Of a stretch of DNA of 64,000 nucleotides, positions 9,832 to 21,000 are shown piece by piece. The notes below the pieces were generated by a model. It saw nothing but the letters and a program-made list of their open reading frames with translations, ran no database searches and was not told the DNA's origin. A program made the translations under genes and the position numbers. The DNA lies in contig CDROCS010006437.1 in NCBI GenBank assembly GCA_977020255.1, positions 1 to 64,000 on the forward strand, given 5' to 3'. Origin of the DNA: Obrimoposthia wandeli. Lineage: Eukaryota. Positions within the stretch are counted from its first letter, which is position 1; each line of letters starts with the position of its first letter.

Positions 9832-10440
9832 TTAAACAACAAATTCCATTTTGAAGTAATCATTTACATCTACCACCATCATACCAGCTTCTTTGGCAGC
9901 TTCTATTCCGAGAATTCCATCTTCAAAAACAACACAATTCTTAGGTTCAACACCCATTAATAAAGCACATTTTAAAAAAGTCTCTGGATCAGGCTTTGCT
10001 TTTGAAATATCATTGGCTGTAATTACATAATCAAAATAATGACTCATTTCAATAACTTCCAATGTTTTTTTGGCTCCATTTCTTGTACTTCCGGTTCCAA
10101 TAGACATTGGTAAAATGTTGTGATATTTTCTTACCACATCAGCAACAATAGAAATTTCTTTTGTTGCGTTAACTAGCGTATTAAATTGATCAGCTTTAAC
10201 ATTGCCAACTTCAACAGGATCCATTTTAGTTCCAAACAGTTCATTTAATTTATGAATAGTTGCAATTCTAGTTTTACCAGTAAGACTTTTAAACAAATCT
10301 GAAGTAAATTCTATACCATGAGGTGTTACAGCTTTTCTCCAAGCATAAAAATGATTTTGCATTGTATCTGCAACTGTTCCATCCAAATCAAATATAAGTG
10401 CTTTTGCGTGTTTTGCTATTTCTATCATAATTTTTTTCAA
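9832..10440 (-). CDS. HAD-superfamily phosphatase (beta-PGM/YqaB-like)
   Basis: Motif I IFDLDGTVADT; KAKPDPETF; motif IV VFEDGILGIEAA. Confidence 0.9.
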   Translation of the reverse strand: MKKIMIEIAKHAKALIFDLDGTVADTMQNHFYAWRKAVTPHGIEFTSDLFKSLTGKTRIATIHKLNELFGTKMDPVEVGNVKADQFNTLVNATKEISIVADVVRKYHNILPMSIGTGSTRNGAKKTLEVIEMSHYFDYVITANDISKAKPDPETFLKCALLMGVEPKNCVVFEDGILGIEAAKEAGMMVVDVNDYFKMEFVV

Positions 10441-10501
10441 AGGCTAAAGATAATAATTATATAGCGTATCAAATTAACATTTTTCAATTCTTAATAAAAA
10501 T

Positions 10502-11605
10502 TTAAACAGCTTCAAATAATTTTCCTGGTAATGGTTTTACGACTCCTTTCATTTCTAAATTAAACAAAATAGTAGTTGTTTTATGAATTGGTAATTCACA
10601 ATTCAAAGAAATAACATCTAATAATTCTTTTCCTTCATCTAGTAAAAAATCATATACCAATTGTTCTGTTTCATCCAACTCTATAAACAATTGTTTTTGA
10701 ATAACTTTTTGTTTCCCATTATCTAATTTCCAATTCAACATTTCAATTAAATCATTTGCAGAAGTTAATATCGCAGCTTTATTCCTTTTAATTAAATCGT
10801 TACATCCTTTACTATAAACATCTGTACTTCTTCCTGGAACCGCAAACACATCTCTACTGTATGAATTAGCAATATCAGCTGTCACCAACGAACCTCCTTT
10901 ATCGGCAGATTCAATAATTATGGTTGCTTCTGAAATTCCAGCTACAATTCTATTTCGTTTTAAAAAATTTTCACGTTGTAACTCATCAGTATGCCAAAAA
11001 TCAGTTAAAAACCCACCATTACTATTAATTTCAGAAACATATTTTTTATGAGATTTTGGATAAACATCTTCAAAACCATGTGCCAATACCCCAATTGTTT
11101 TCAAGTTATTTTTAACTGCCGCTTTGTGAGCACAAATATCAACACCATAAGCAAAACCACTTACAATAATTGGGTTAAATTCCTTTAGTTCCGAAATTAA
11201 TTTCTCACAAAAATCTCTACCGTAACTGGTGATTTTTCGTGTGCCAACAATACTAATAATTGGATGATTTTCTAAATTAAAATTTCCCTCTTTAAACATT
11301 AAAATTGGTCCGTCTATACAATGTTTCAACTTTGAAGGGTAATTTTCATTTTCAAAATAAAGTGTTTCTATATTATTTTTCTGAATGTATTTAAGTTCCT
11401 TTTCAGCTTCTTTTAAGTTAACTGAATTAAAAAGGTTTTTTAAAGTAAATGAGCCAATACCATTAATTTTTTCAAGTGTTTGACGCTTCTCTTTCAACAC
11501 CTTTTTTGCACTACCACAATGTCCAATTAACTTTTTTGCGTTAACATCACCAATACCTTTTACACGTTGTAACGCTAAAACGTATAGCAAATCTTCTTCA
11601 AGCAT
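10502..11605 (-). CDS. dprA: DNA-processing protein DprA
   Basis: ISIVGTR, IVSGFAYGVDICAH, FLKRNRIVAG, ESADKGGSLVTA, VFAVPGR; C-terminal winged helix LEMKGVV. Confidence 0.95.
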   Translation of the reverse strand: MLEEDLLYVLALQRVKGIGDVNAKKLIGHCGSAKKVLKEKRQTLEKINGIGSFTLKNLFNSVNLKEAEKELKYIQKNNIETLYFENENYPSKLKHCIDGPILMFKEGNFNLENHPIISIVGTRKITSYGRDFCEKLISELKEFNPIIVSGFAYGVDICAHKAAVKNNLKTIGVLAHGFEDVYPKSHKKYVSEINSNGGFLTDFWHTDELQRENFLKRNRIVAGISEATIIIESADKGGSLVTADIANSYSRDVFAVPGRSTDVYSKGCNDLIKRNKAAILTSANDLIEMLNWKLDNGKQKVIQKQLFIELDETEQLVYDFLLDEGKELLDVISLNCELPIHKTTTILFNLEMKGVVKPLPGKLFEAV

Positions 11606-11688
11606 ATTTTAACAATTTGATTGTCAATATATAAAATTATTGTTAATAAAAATTCTGACAACTCTTAATATTAAGGTTGCTTTTCTGT

Positions 11689-11696
11689 TATATTTG
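11689..11696 (+). promoter_or_regulatory. -7 promoter box almost abutting the SPOR gene start
   Basis: TATATTTG, with the ATG 5 nt downstream. Confidence 0.55.
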
Positions 11697-11701
11697 TTAT
11701 A

Positions 11702-12634
11702 ATGACACTAGCAACATACATCAGCGACTTACTTTACAGATACGAATGTGTAATTGTTCCTAATTTTGGAGGTTTTGTAACCAATGAAATTTCAGCAAAA
11801 GTGAATCACTTTACACATACGTTTTATGCACCATCAAAGCAATTGACTTTTAATACTCATTTGCAAAACAATGATGGCTTGTTAGCTAACTATATTGCAA
11901 GTGCAGATAAAATTTCATATTCAGAAGCTTTAGATTTTATTAAAAATGAAATTGAAAACTGGAATACTACATTAGCTAGTGAAGAATTAGAACTTAAAAA
12001 TATTGGTTCTTTAAAATTTAATAATGAAGACAAACTAATTTTTGAACCTTCTAATGTTACCAACTATTTAACATCTTCATTTGGATTAAATTCTTATGTT
12101 TCTCCAGCTGTGAAGCGAATTACTTATAAAGAAGAAGTTAAACAGTTAGAAGCTATTGCACCAATTCTTCCTTCCGAAGAAAACAAACGTAAAACACCTG
12201 CATTTATTAAGTATGCAGCCGCTGCAGCTATTATTTTTGCTATTGGAACTGTTGGATGGAAAGAGTATCAAAAATTTGAATACAACGACCTAGTCGCAAA
12301 ATCCGAATTACAACAACAAAAAGTTGAGAAAACTATTCAGGAAGCAACATTTGTAATCAGCAATCCTTTACCTGCTATTACTTTAAATGTTACTAAAGAA
12401 ACTTTCAGATATCATATCGTAGCAGGAGCTTTTAGAGAGCCTACCAATGCAGAAAAAAAATTAGATCAACTTTTACAAAAAGGATTCAATGCTAAAATTT
12501 TAGGTATAAACAAATGGAACTTAACACAAGTTTCTTACGAAAGTTTTAATTCTAAAAGAGAGGCTATTAATAAATTGAATTCTATTAAAAAATCTGTTTC
12601 TAAAGACGCTTGGCTACTTGTAAAAGAGTACTAA
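11702..12634 (+). CDS. HU-like (HU-CCDC81) N-domain + transmembrane helix + SPOR domain protein
   Basis: N-terminus YISDLLYRYECVIVPNFGGF, TM segment YAAAAAIIFAIGTVGW, C-terminal SPOR YHIVAGAFREPTNA...DAWL. Confidence 0.85.
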   Translation: MTLATYISDLLYRYECVIVPNFGGFVTNEISAKVNHFTHTFYAPSKQLTFNTHLQNNDGLLANYIASADKISYSEALDFIKNEIENWNTTLASEELELKNIGSLKFNNEDKLIFEPSNVTNYLTSSFGLNSYVSPAVKRITYKEEVKQLEAIAPILPSEENKRKTPAFIKYAAAAAIIFAIGTVGWKEYQKFEYNDLVAKSELQQQKVEKTIQEATFVISNPLPAITLNVTKETFRYHIVAGAFREPTNAEKKLDQLLQKGFNAKILGINKWNLTQVSYESFNSKREAINKLNSIKKSVSKDAWLLVKEY

Positions 12635-12677
12635 AAACCAAATTTACATATTCTCTTATTTTTTTATAAAATAGCTA

Positions 12678-12685
12678 TACCTTTG
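12678..12685 (+). promoter_or_regulatory. -7 promoter box for the thioesterase gene
   Basis: TACCTTTG, 16 nt upstream of the ATG. Confidence 0.6.
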
Positions 12686-12701
12686 CAAAAAAATCAAAGA
12701 C

Positions 12702-13217
12702 ATGCTAATAAAAACACCTAAAGAATCTTTAACCATATTAACAGACATTGTTCTACCTGGGGAAACGAATCCATTAGGTAATTTATTTGGAGGAGAATTA
12801 TTAGCAAGAATGGATAGAGCCTGTAGTATTGCAGCAAGACGTCACTCAAGAAGAATAGTTGTAACTGCATCCGTAAATCATGTAGCATTCAATAAAGCTG
12901 TACCAGTTGGAAGTGTTGTAACTATTGAAGCAAAAGTAACTCGTGCCTTTAAATCTTCTATGGAAATTTATGTTGATGTTTGGAGTGAAGACAGAGAATC
13001 TCAGGAGCGCAGTAAGGTTAATGAAGGAATTTACACGTTTGTTGCTGTTGATAATACTGGAAGTCCGGTTGCTATCCCACAAATAAATCCTGAAACTGAT
13101 CTTGAAAAGAAAAGATATGAAGGTGCTTTAAGAAGAAAACAACTTAGTTTAATTCTTTCTGGAAAAATGGATCCACACGATGCAACTGATTTAAAAGCTT
13201 TATTTTTAAACGCATAA
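12702..13217 (+). CDS. Acyl-CoA thioesterase (hotdog fold, YciA-like)
   Basis: NPLGNLFGGELLARMD, VVTASV, FVAVD motifs. Confidence 0.9.
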   Translation: MLIKTPKESLTILTDIVLPGETNPLGNLFGGELLARMDRACSIAARRHSRRIVVTASVNHVAFNKAVPVGSVVTIEAKVTRAFKSSMEIYVDVWSEDRESQERSKVNEGIYTFVAVDNTGSPVAIPQINPETDLEKKRYEGALRRKQLSLILSGKMDPHDATDLKALFLNA

Positions 13218-14444
13218 TTACATTTTATAAATCCAAGGTTTGGGATTTTGTTTTTTTGTATTATTCCAAAATTCAAATCCTAAAATTGTTTTTTTTGTGA
13301 TTTTATCAGTGAAAATTGTTCCAATAGTTTGTTTTGTTTTTACCTTATCCCCTTTAGTAACAACAATATTTTTAAGATTTTTGTAAACTGTAATATAGTT
13401 CCCATGCTGAATTAGAACAGCTTTTTTATTACCTGGCATTACTTGAATAGACATTACTTTCCCATCAAAAACTGCCCTAGCTTTACTTCCATTGTTTGTA
13501 GTTATTCTAACTCCATTACTTTGAATTGTAATACTTTTTACAACTGGATGCGGTTGTTTTCCATAATAAGTGGAAACATACCCTTTTTCTACTGGCCATG
13601 GCAACTTCCCTTTATTTAAATTAAATTTAGAAGCTAAAACTTTATCTTCAGCAGTTAGTTTAAAAACTGATGAACCACTAGGTTTTGATCCCGAATTATT
13701 ATTTGATGCTGCAATCGCAGCTTTAATAGCTTTATCAATTTGAGCATTTATTCGAGTTTCCTCTCTTTGAAATTTTCTAATCTGTTTTTTGTATTTACTT
13801 TCTTTCTTTTTAACCTGACCTAGTAAATTTTCTTGATCCTTTTTCTCTTTCTCAACAACAGTTTGTTCCTTTTTCTTTTCCGAAAGCAATTCCTGCTTTA
13901 ACTCCTTTTTCTTTTTTAAAGTGTCTGTTAACTGCTGTAATTCTTCTGTTTTTATATAAATATCTTCCCCCTGTTTTTTTCTGAAGGAAGTATATTGTTT
14001 CATATATTGAAATCTCTTATAACCTTGAGAAAAACTTTCCGAAGACAATAAAAACATCAATCTACTATTTTGAGATTTACTTTTATATGATTTAAAAATC
14101 ATCTCGCCATATTCCTTTTTTAATGCCTTTAGATCTCGTTTATTTTGATTAATTTCAAGCTGATTTAAATAAATTTCATTTCCTAACTCTTTAGATTCAC
14201 TAGTTATTGAAGAAATCAAATTCTCTCTTGAATTTATTTTATCTTTTAAATCTTTTATATCATTTAAAAGGTTCTTTTCCTTTCTTTTTGTGTTAGAAAG
14301 TAATGCATTAATATATATTTGATCTTTTTGATTTTGGATACGTCTAGCTTCTAAAACTTGACGTTTGGTTCTCTTTTGTGCAGAAATATTAACACTTAAC
14401 AAAAGTGACAATATAAATATGAGGTACTTAAATTTAAACTGCAT
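13218..14444 (-). CDS. EnvC-like murein hydrolase activator (coiled coil + degenerate M23 domain)
   Basis: Signal peptide, long coiled coil, KGKLPWPV, HGNYITVY, VKTKQTIG, NPKPWI. Confidence 0.88.
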   Translation of the reverse strand: MQFKFKYLIFILSLLLSVNISAQKRTKRQVLEARRIQNQKDQIYINALLSNTKRKEKNLLNDIKDLKDKINSRENLISSITSESKELGNEIYLNQLEINQNKRDLKALKKEYGEMIFKSYKSKSQNSRLMFLLSSESFSQGYKRFQYMKQYTSFRKKQGEDIYIKTEELQQLTDTLKKKKELKQELLSEKKKEQTVVEKEKKDQENLLGQVKKKESKYKKQIRKFQREETRINAQIDKAIKAAIAASNNNSGSKPSGSSVFKLTAEDKVLASKFNLNKGKLPWPVEKGYVSTYYGKQPHPVVKSITIQSNGVRITTNNGSKARAVFDGKVMSIQVMPGNKKAVLIQHGNYITVYKNLKNIVVTKGDKVKTKQTIGTIFTDKITKKTILGFEFWNNTKKQNPKPWIYKM

Positions 14445-15220
14445 TATTTTAAACTAATTTCTTTATATCCTTTTGGTATTGAAAACGGAAAAGATAATTT
14501 TTTATTGAATTCTACAGAGCGATATTCAATATTTATGGTTGTTAATTTCTTGTTATCTGTGGCTCTTATTTTAATACTTTTAGGAAATTGCTCTCCCTTA
14601 ATAACATTGTATTTTGGGTATGAAACAGATAATAGCTGCTGCTTTTCTTGGTTTCTAATTTCCTGTTTGCTTAATTTAAAATTATCTGGATTTAAAAAGA
14701 AAAGTATCCCAAATAGTCCATTCTGTTTTTTAGGTGTTAACTGATATAAATTTTCATCAACTTTAGAGTTATACCTACCTTTTTTCAAATTTAAAACAGC
14801 TTGACCTAATAAAATGTTTTGAACTTTATCATAATCTAATTCAGTTCCCAACCATTTACTTAACAATGAAAAATCTCCATCAAAATAAGTTCTAGAGAGC
14901 TTCTCATAATAAGTAACTCTATTAGGTGTAATCTTTACTTTAGCAATAGGGAATCCAACCTTTGTAGCACTCATCCAAATGGTTTTATCCTTTTCCAAAC
15001 GTAATTTAATACTAATCGTTGCTGAAGTCTTTTTGTCTTTATATTTAGCACTTAACCTCGCAAATATTGTTTTCTGATTGAAATTATTGGTGTAATGATT
15101 ATTGATAATTTTTTTAGTAGATATATTTGTCGCTACACCTGCAGCAACAACAGCTTTATTTGTTCTACAAGAAGTTGTAACTATTAAAATTAATATCAAT
15201 ATTGTTGTAAAATGCTTCAT
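14444..15220 (-). CDS. DUF4292-family lipoprotein
   Basis: Lipobox VTTSC; KDKTIWMS...KITPNRVTYYEKL...YFDGDFSLLSKWLG; typical position before EnvC. Confidence 0.8.
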   Translation of the reverse strand: MKHFTTILILILIVTTSCRTNKAVVAAGVATNISTKKIINNHYTNNFNQKTIFARLSAKYKDKKTSATISIKLRLEKDKTIWMSATKVGFPIAKVKITPNRVTYYEKLSRTYFDGDFSLLSKWLGTELDYDKVQNILLGQAVLNLKKGRYNSKVDENLYQLTPKKQNGLFGILFFLNPDNFKLSKQEIRNQEKQQLLSVSYPKYNVIKGEQFPKSIKIRATDNKKLTTINIEYRSVEFNKKLSFPFSIPKGYKEISLK

Positions 15221-15226
15221 TTAGTT

Positions 15227-16185
15227 TTAATTTCTTAATTCATAAGCTTTCTGCTTATACATTAATGATTTACTTGTTTGTTTTAATCCTTCATAACTTT
15301 TAGCTAGTTGATCATAAAAACTAGCTTCCATCTCCTTGTTATCAATCGCAAAATCAATGCCAAGAGTTAAAACGTCAATTGCCTCATTATATTTCCCTAG
15401 TTTATTTAAAGCCAATCCATTTACCTTGTATAAATAAGGTTGAGCAGGAAATAATTCTAAACCATTTTTACTATCTGATGCTAACAATTCAAAAAGATTA
15501 GATGTTAATTCTAATTCCAAAATCTTTAATAAAATTGGATAATCCTTTTTAAGAGCATATTTCTTTTTTAATAAATTCAAATCTGCATCTTTTACAACAC
15601 TTACATCTTTAACCTCTAAATGTTTTTTTACAGTAATTTTTCTACTTATTAAATACTTTTTAAAACCTTTAATTCTTTGGGTGGTTAAAGCATTATTTTC
15701 AATTTCGATAATTAATTGTTCTGCTTTTTCAAATTCTTTATTTTGAATATATAAAAGCACTAATTTTTCTGAATGTTTTGGCTGTGCTTTTATTATTTCT
15801 TTTTGAATTTTAATATTGCCTCACCATAATTTCGTTGAGTAATCAAAACCTCAACCTTATGCTTTAATAAAAAGATATTCTGGGAGTCTTTCTGCAATGC
15901 TTTATTAATAAAATATTCCGCTTCAAAAAGCTTATCTAATAGCAAATTGTTTTTAGATAACTCAAACTCAACAGCTATACTTAATGAATCCAATTCATAA
16001 CCTTTCTCAAGATTTTCTATTGCTTTTGAATAATTTTTAATTGCTTTTTGCTTTAAAGCTTCAAAAAAATAAGTTTGAAATTTTAAATCATTTTCCTCTG
16101 CAACATTTACATCTTGAGCATCAGAAAAACTCGAAATAAAAAGTATTCCTAATAAAAGAAAAATATGTGAAAATTTAGATTTCAT
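15227..16185 (-). CDS. Tetratricopeptide repeat protein, split into ORFs 15793..16185 and 15227..15760 by one indel
   Basis: TPR helices in both ORFs. The second frame is open upstream of its annotated GTG (IKIQKEIIKAQPKHSEKLVLLY) and overlaps the end of the first ORF near 15795-15818. Confidence 0.75.
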
Positions 16186-16213
16186 TTAAGTTGCAATATA
16201 CAATTTCTCGATG

Positions 16214-17896
16214 TTAAATTCCTTTTGGAATTGCATCAATTAATTTTTTAGCATAAGCAGTTTTTGGTGAATTATAAACAATATCAGCATCATCAATTTC
16301 TTCAATAATACCTTTATTCATAACAACTAATTGATCTGCCATAAATTTAACAACTGCTAAATCGTGTGAAATAAAAATATAAGTAAAACCAAAATCTCTT
16401 TTTAACTCATTTAATAAATTTAAAACCTGCGCTTGAACAGAAACATCTAATGCTGAAACCGACTCGTCACAAATTATTAATTTAGGTTTTAAAACTATAG
16501 CTCTGGCAATACCAATTCTTTGACGTTGACCGCCAGAAAATTCATGTGGATATCTATAAAAGTGTTCTTCTTCCAATCCAACTCGTTCTAAAATTTCAAA
16601 AACATATTTTTTTCGTTCCTTATTAGAGTTTAAAATTTTATGAACTTTCATTGGTTCCATAATTGCCTCTCCAACAGGAATTCTAGGATTTAAAGATGAA
16701 AACGGATCTTGAAATATTAATTGAACTTCTTTTCTAAATGCTTTTAACTCTTTTTTTGATAAACTAGTAATGTCCTTTTGTTTATAGAAAATTTCACCTT
16801 CTGTAACTTTTTCCAAATGCAAAATAGTTCTACCTAAGGTCGTTTTACCACAACCAGATTCACCAACCAAACCTAATGTTTCTCCTTCATACAATTTAAA
16901 GGAAACATCATCTACTGCTTTTACCACATTCTCCTTTCCAAACATCCAATTAGTACCAGATGTAAAATAGGTTGCTAAATTATTAACTTTTAAAAGTGGT
17001 TCTTTTGAATAAATATTTTGATGGTTCTCTTCTCTTTCTTCCTTTGAATAGTATTGCGTTGGGACTGTTTCTTCAATGAAATCTTTAACCGTTGGAAGCG
17101 TTTTTAATCTTTTGGTTAAACTTGGTTTTGAATTAATAAGCGCTTTTGTATAATTATGTTGTGGCGATTTGAAGATTTCTACAACATTTCCTTCCTCTAC
17201 AATTTCACCCTTATACATTACAATAACCTCATCAGCAATTTCAGAAACCAAGGCCAAATCGTGACTAATAAAAATAATGCTCATTCCCGTTTCTTGCTGC
17301 AATTCTTTTAACAACTCAATTATTTCTTTCTGAACCGTAACATCTAAAGCAGTAGTTGGCTCGTCAGCAATTAAAATTTGAGGTTTACAAGCTATTGCCA
17401 TAGCAATCATAACCCGTTGCTTTTGACCACCAGATAATTGATGAGGATACTGATTAAAAATAGTAGAAACTCTTGGTAATTTCACTTTATTAAAAAGTTC
17501 TAAAACTTCTTTTTTAGCAGCACTCTTTGATATTTTTTTATGTTGTAATAAAATTTCTTGAACCTGAAATCCACATGTCAAACTAGGATTTAAAGAACTC
17601 ATTGGTTCTTGAAAAATCATTGAAATTTTATTTCCCCTTATAGTTCTAAAAATTTTATCAGAAACAGTTATTAAATTCAAATCATTAAAATTAATAGTTC
17701 CTTCAACCTTAGAATTCTCAGAAAGCAATCCTAATATAGCTAAAGCCGTTACAGATTTCCCACTACCCGACTCTCCTACTATTCCAAGAATCTGCTGCTC
17801 CTTTAATCCAAAAGACACCCCATGAACTACGGTATTTACACTCCCATTGGTTGGAAACGAAATATTTAAATTTTCAATTTTAAGAATATTTTTCAT
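16214..17896 (-). CDS. Dual-NBD peptide/nickel-type ABC transporter ATP-binding protein
   Basis: Two NBDs: GESGSGKS/LSGGQKQR/ADEPTTALD and GESGCGKT/FSGGQRQR/CDESVSALD; oligopeptide-type P.H.YT tail. Confidence 0.92.
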   Translation of the reverse strand: MKNILKIENLNISFPTNGSVNTVVHGVSFGLKEQQILGIVGESGSGKSVTALAILGLLSENSKVEGTINFNDLNLITVSDKIFRTIRGNKISMIFQEPMSSLNPSLTCGFQVQEILLQHKKISKSAAKKEVLELFNKVKLPRVSTIFNQYPHQLSGGQKQRVMIAMAIACKPQILIADEPTTALDVTVQKEIIELLKELQQETGMSIIFISHDLALVSEIADEVIVMYKGEIVEEGNVVEIFKSPQHNYTKALINSKPSLTKRLKTLPTVKDFIEETVPTQYYSKEEREENHQNIYSKEPLLKVNNLATYFTSGTNWMFGKENVVKAVDDVSFKLYEGETLGLVGESGCGKTTLGRTILHLEKVTEGEIFYKQKDITSLSKKELKAFRKEVQLIFQDPFSSLNPRIPVGEAIMEPMKVHKILNSNKERKKYVFEILERVGLEEEHFYRYPHEFSGGQRQRIGIARAIVLKPKLIICDESVSALDVSVQAQVLNLLNELKRDFGFTYIFISHDLAVVKFMADQLVVMNKGIIEEIDDADIVYNSPKTAYAKKLIDAIPKGI

Positions 17897-18032
17897 ATTA
17901 TGAAATTACTTTATTTTTAACTAAACACCTTCTTATTTAAAAAATTCGTAAAAATTTATATATTTTGTTAGTTTAAATTTTAATTTATACTTTGTAGCGT
18001 TAAAAATCACTAACCAAAACAAATCTAATTCT

Positions 18033-21000
18033 ATGATTAAAAAACTACTTTTTTTAACATTTATTTTATCATTTACTTACGGGTTTTCACAAAGTGTGAA
18101 TCCATGGGTGAAATCATCTAAAAATGATAAAAATAATGTATTACAAAACAGAAATCAAATTGCGAATACTTTTCAAGTATTTAGTCTTGACGTAACTGTT
18201 CTGAACAAAGCTCTAACTAATTCTCCAAAAAGAGGAGGATATTTACAAAAATCATCAACAATTATTGAATTTCCTAACTCAAAAGGGAAATTTGAACGCT
18301 TTAGTATTTTTGAAGCATCTGTAATGCATCCAGATCTACAAGCAAAATATCCAACTATTAAATCTTATGCAGGAAAAGGGATTGATGATCCTACTGCTAC
18401 AATTCGTTTTAGTATTTCACAATTAGGTTTAAAAACCATGACTATTGCAGCAGGAAAAAATGCTGTATTTATTGAGCCTTATACTTCTGACTATTCTCAA
18501 TATATGGTTTATGATAAAAAATCTAAAAACGCTTCTTTAAATTCTTTTGAATGTTTAGTTAAAGATGATATTTCATCTAAAATTAAATCAAACCCTGCGG
18601 CAAGACCAAATGCTGATGATGGAACCTTAAGAACTTTTAGATTGGCAATGTCTGCTTCAGGAGATTACACAGCTCATTTTGGTGGAACAAAAGCAAATGC
18701 TTTAGCTGCTATTAATGCAACAATGACCAGAGTTAACGGAATTTACGAAATTGACTTTGGTGTAACTATGGAGTTAATTGCAAATACGGATGCTGTTATT
18801 TACACAAATGCAAGTACCGATCCTTATACTACTAGTTTAAACAGTCAATTACAATCTACTCTTACAAATGTTATTGGTGAATCTAACTACGATGTTGGTC
18901 ACTTAGTTCATAAAGGAGGAAATAATGGTAATGCAGGTTGTATAGGTTGTGTATGTGTTAATAACCAAAAAGGAAGTGGCTATACATCTCACGGAACTCC
19001 AGAAGGTGATAATTTTGATGTAGATTATGTTGCCCATGAATTAGGACATCAATTTGGTGGTAACCATACATGGACACATAATGGTAATGAAGGAACAAAT
19101 GCACAAGTTGAACCAGGAAGTGGATCAACAATTATGGGATATGCTGGTATTACAGGAGCTACTGATGTTCAACCACACAGTGATCCATATTTCCATGCAA
19201 TGTCTATTCAACAAATCACTAATTATGTAAAAACTACAAGTTGCCAAACTAATACAGCAACAGGAAATAATGTTCCAACTGCTTTAGCCGGTGCAAACTA
19301 TACAATTCCAAAAAGTACACCATTTATCTTAACTGGAGATGGAACCGACGCTGATGGAAATAATCTTTCATATTGTTGGGAACAAATGGATGAAAATAAT
19401 GCAGCTACTAAATATCCAAGTACAACCGCTACAACAGGTATTGCGTTTAGATCATTTTCTCCTAGTGCTTTAAAAACAAGATCTTTTCCTCAATTATCAA
19501 CTGTACTAGCAGGAAATACTTCAACACAATGGGAAGCTATGCCTTCTGTTGCAAGAACTTTAAATTTCAGGTTAACGGTAAGAGATAATGTTGCTGGTGG
19601 TGGAGCTAATAATAGTGATGATATGGTTGTTACTGTGAACAGTTCAACTGGTCCATTTGTGGTATCAAGTCCAAATACAAATGTAACTTGGAATGTGAGT
19701 CAATCACAAACAGTTAACTGGGATGTTGCAGGAACAAATGGAGGCGCTGTTAATTCTCAAACTGTAAATATTTTATTATCTACAGATGGCGGAAATACAT
19801 ATCCAATTACATTAGCAACAGGTGTTTCTAACAATGGTTCAGCTCAAATTACTGTACCTAATAATGTTGGTACACAAAATAGAGTAAAAGTTGAAGCTGC
19901 TGATAACATTTTTTATGATGTTTCAAATTCAAACTTTACAATTGCTGGAGAAGTTGTATGTAATGCGACAGTGCCAACAGGTGTAAACTCTTCAAATGTT
20001 AGTGCAACAGGAGCTACAATAGCTTGGAATTCAGTTTCAGGTGCAACTTATAACGTACAGTATCGTCAAGTTGGAACAACTCCTTGGACGACTGTAAATA
20101 CTGGAGGAATTTCAACAAATTTAACAGGACTAAATACGTTAACACAATATGAGGCACAAGTTCAAAGTGTTTGTTCAAGTGGAAGTTCTGCTTTTAGTTC
20201 ATCGGTTAATTTTACAACTTTAGATCAAGTATTAACGTACTGTGCTTCAAAAGGAAATAGTGTTGCTGATGAATTTATTAGTAATGTTCAAATTGGTACT
20301 ATAAACAATTCTTCAAATGGAAGTAATGGATATACAGATCACACTTCAACTTCTACTAATTTAAATAAAGGTGAAGCTGTAACAATAACTATTACACCAA
20401 CTTGGAATGGTACAGTTTACGATGAAGGCTATGCCGTTTGGATTGATTATAATAAAAATGGAAGTTTTACGGATGCTGGTGAACAAGTTTGGACAAAAGC
20501 AGCTTCAAAAACAACACCTGTAAGCGGAACTTTTACTGTTCCTTCAGGAGCGGTAACTGGAACAACAACCATGAGAGTTTCTATGAAATATAATGGTGTT
20601 CCAACAGCTTGTGAAGCTTTTTCATACGGTGAAGTTGAAGATTACACTGTTGTATTGATGGATTCAGCTCCGGACACAGAAGCTCCGACTGCAGCAACTT
20701 TATCTTCATCAAACATAACTGATACTACGGTTGATTTATCTTGGAGTGGTTCAAGTGATAATGTTGGTGTTACTGGATATGATATTTATAAAGACAATGT
20801 TCTATTAACTTCTATTTCAGGAACTACTTACCAAGCAACAGGATTAACTGACGCAACTACTTATAATTTTAAAGTAAAATCAAAAGATGCTGCTGGAAAC
20901 GTTTCTACGGATAGTAATATAGTTTCAATAACTACACTTACAACTCCAGATACACAAGCGCCAACTGCTACTACTTTAACTCACAGCAATGTTACAGAAA

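Noticed and set aside
12846-14744. Short overlapping ORFs 12846..13082, 13031..13276, 14505..14744
   Set aside because: Shadow frames of the thioesterase and DUF4292 genes.
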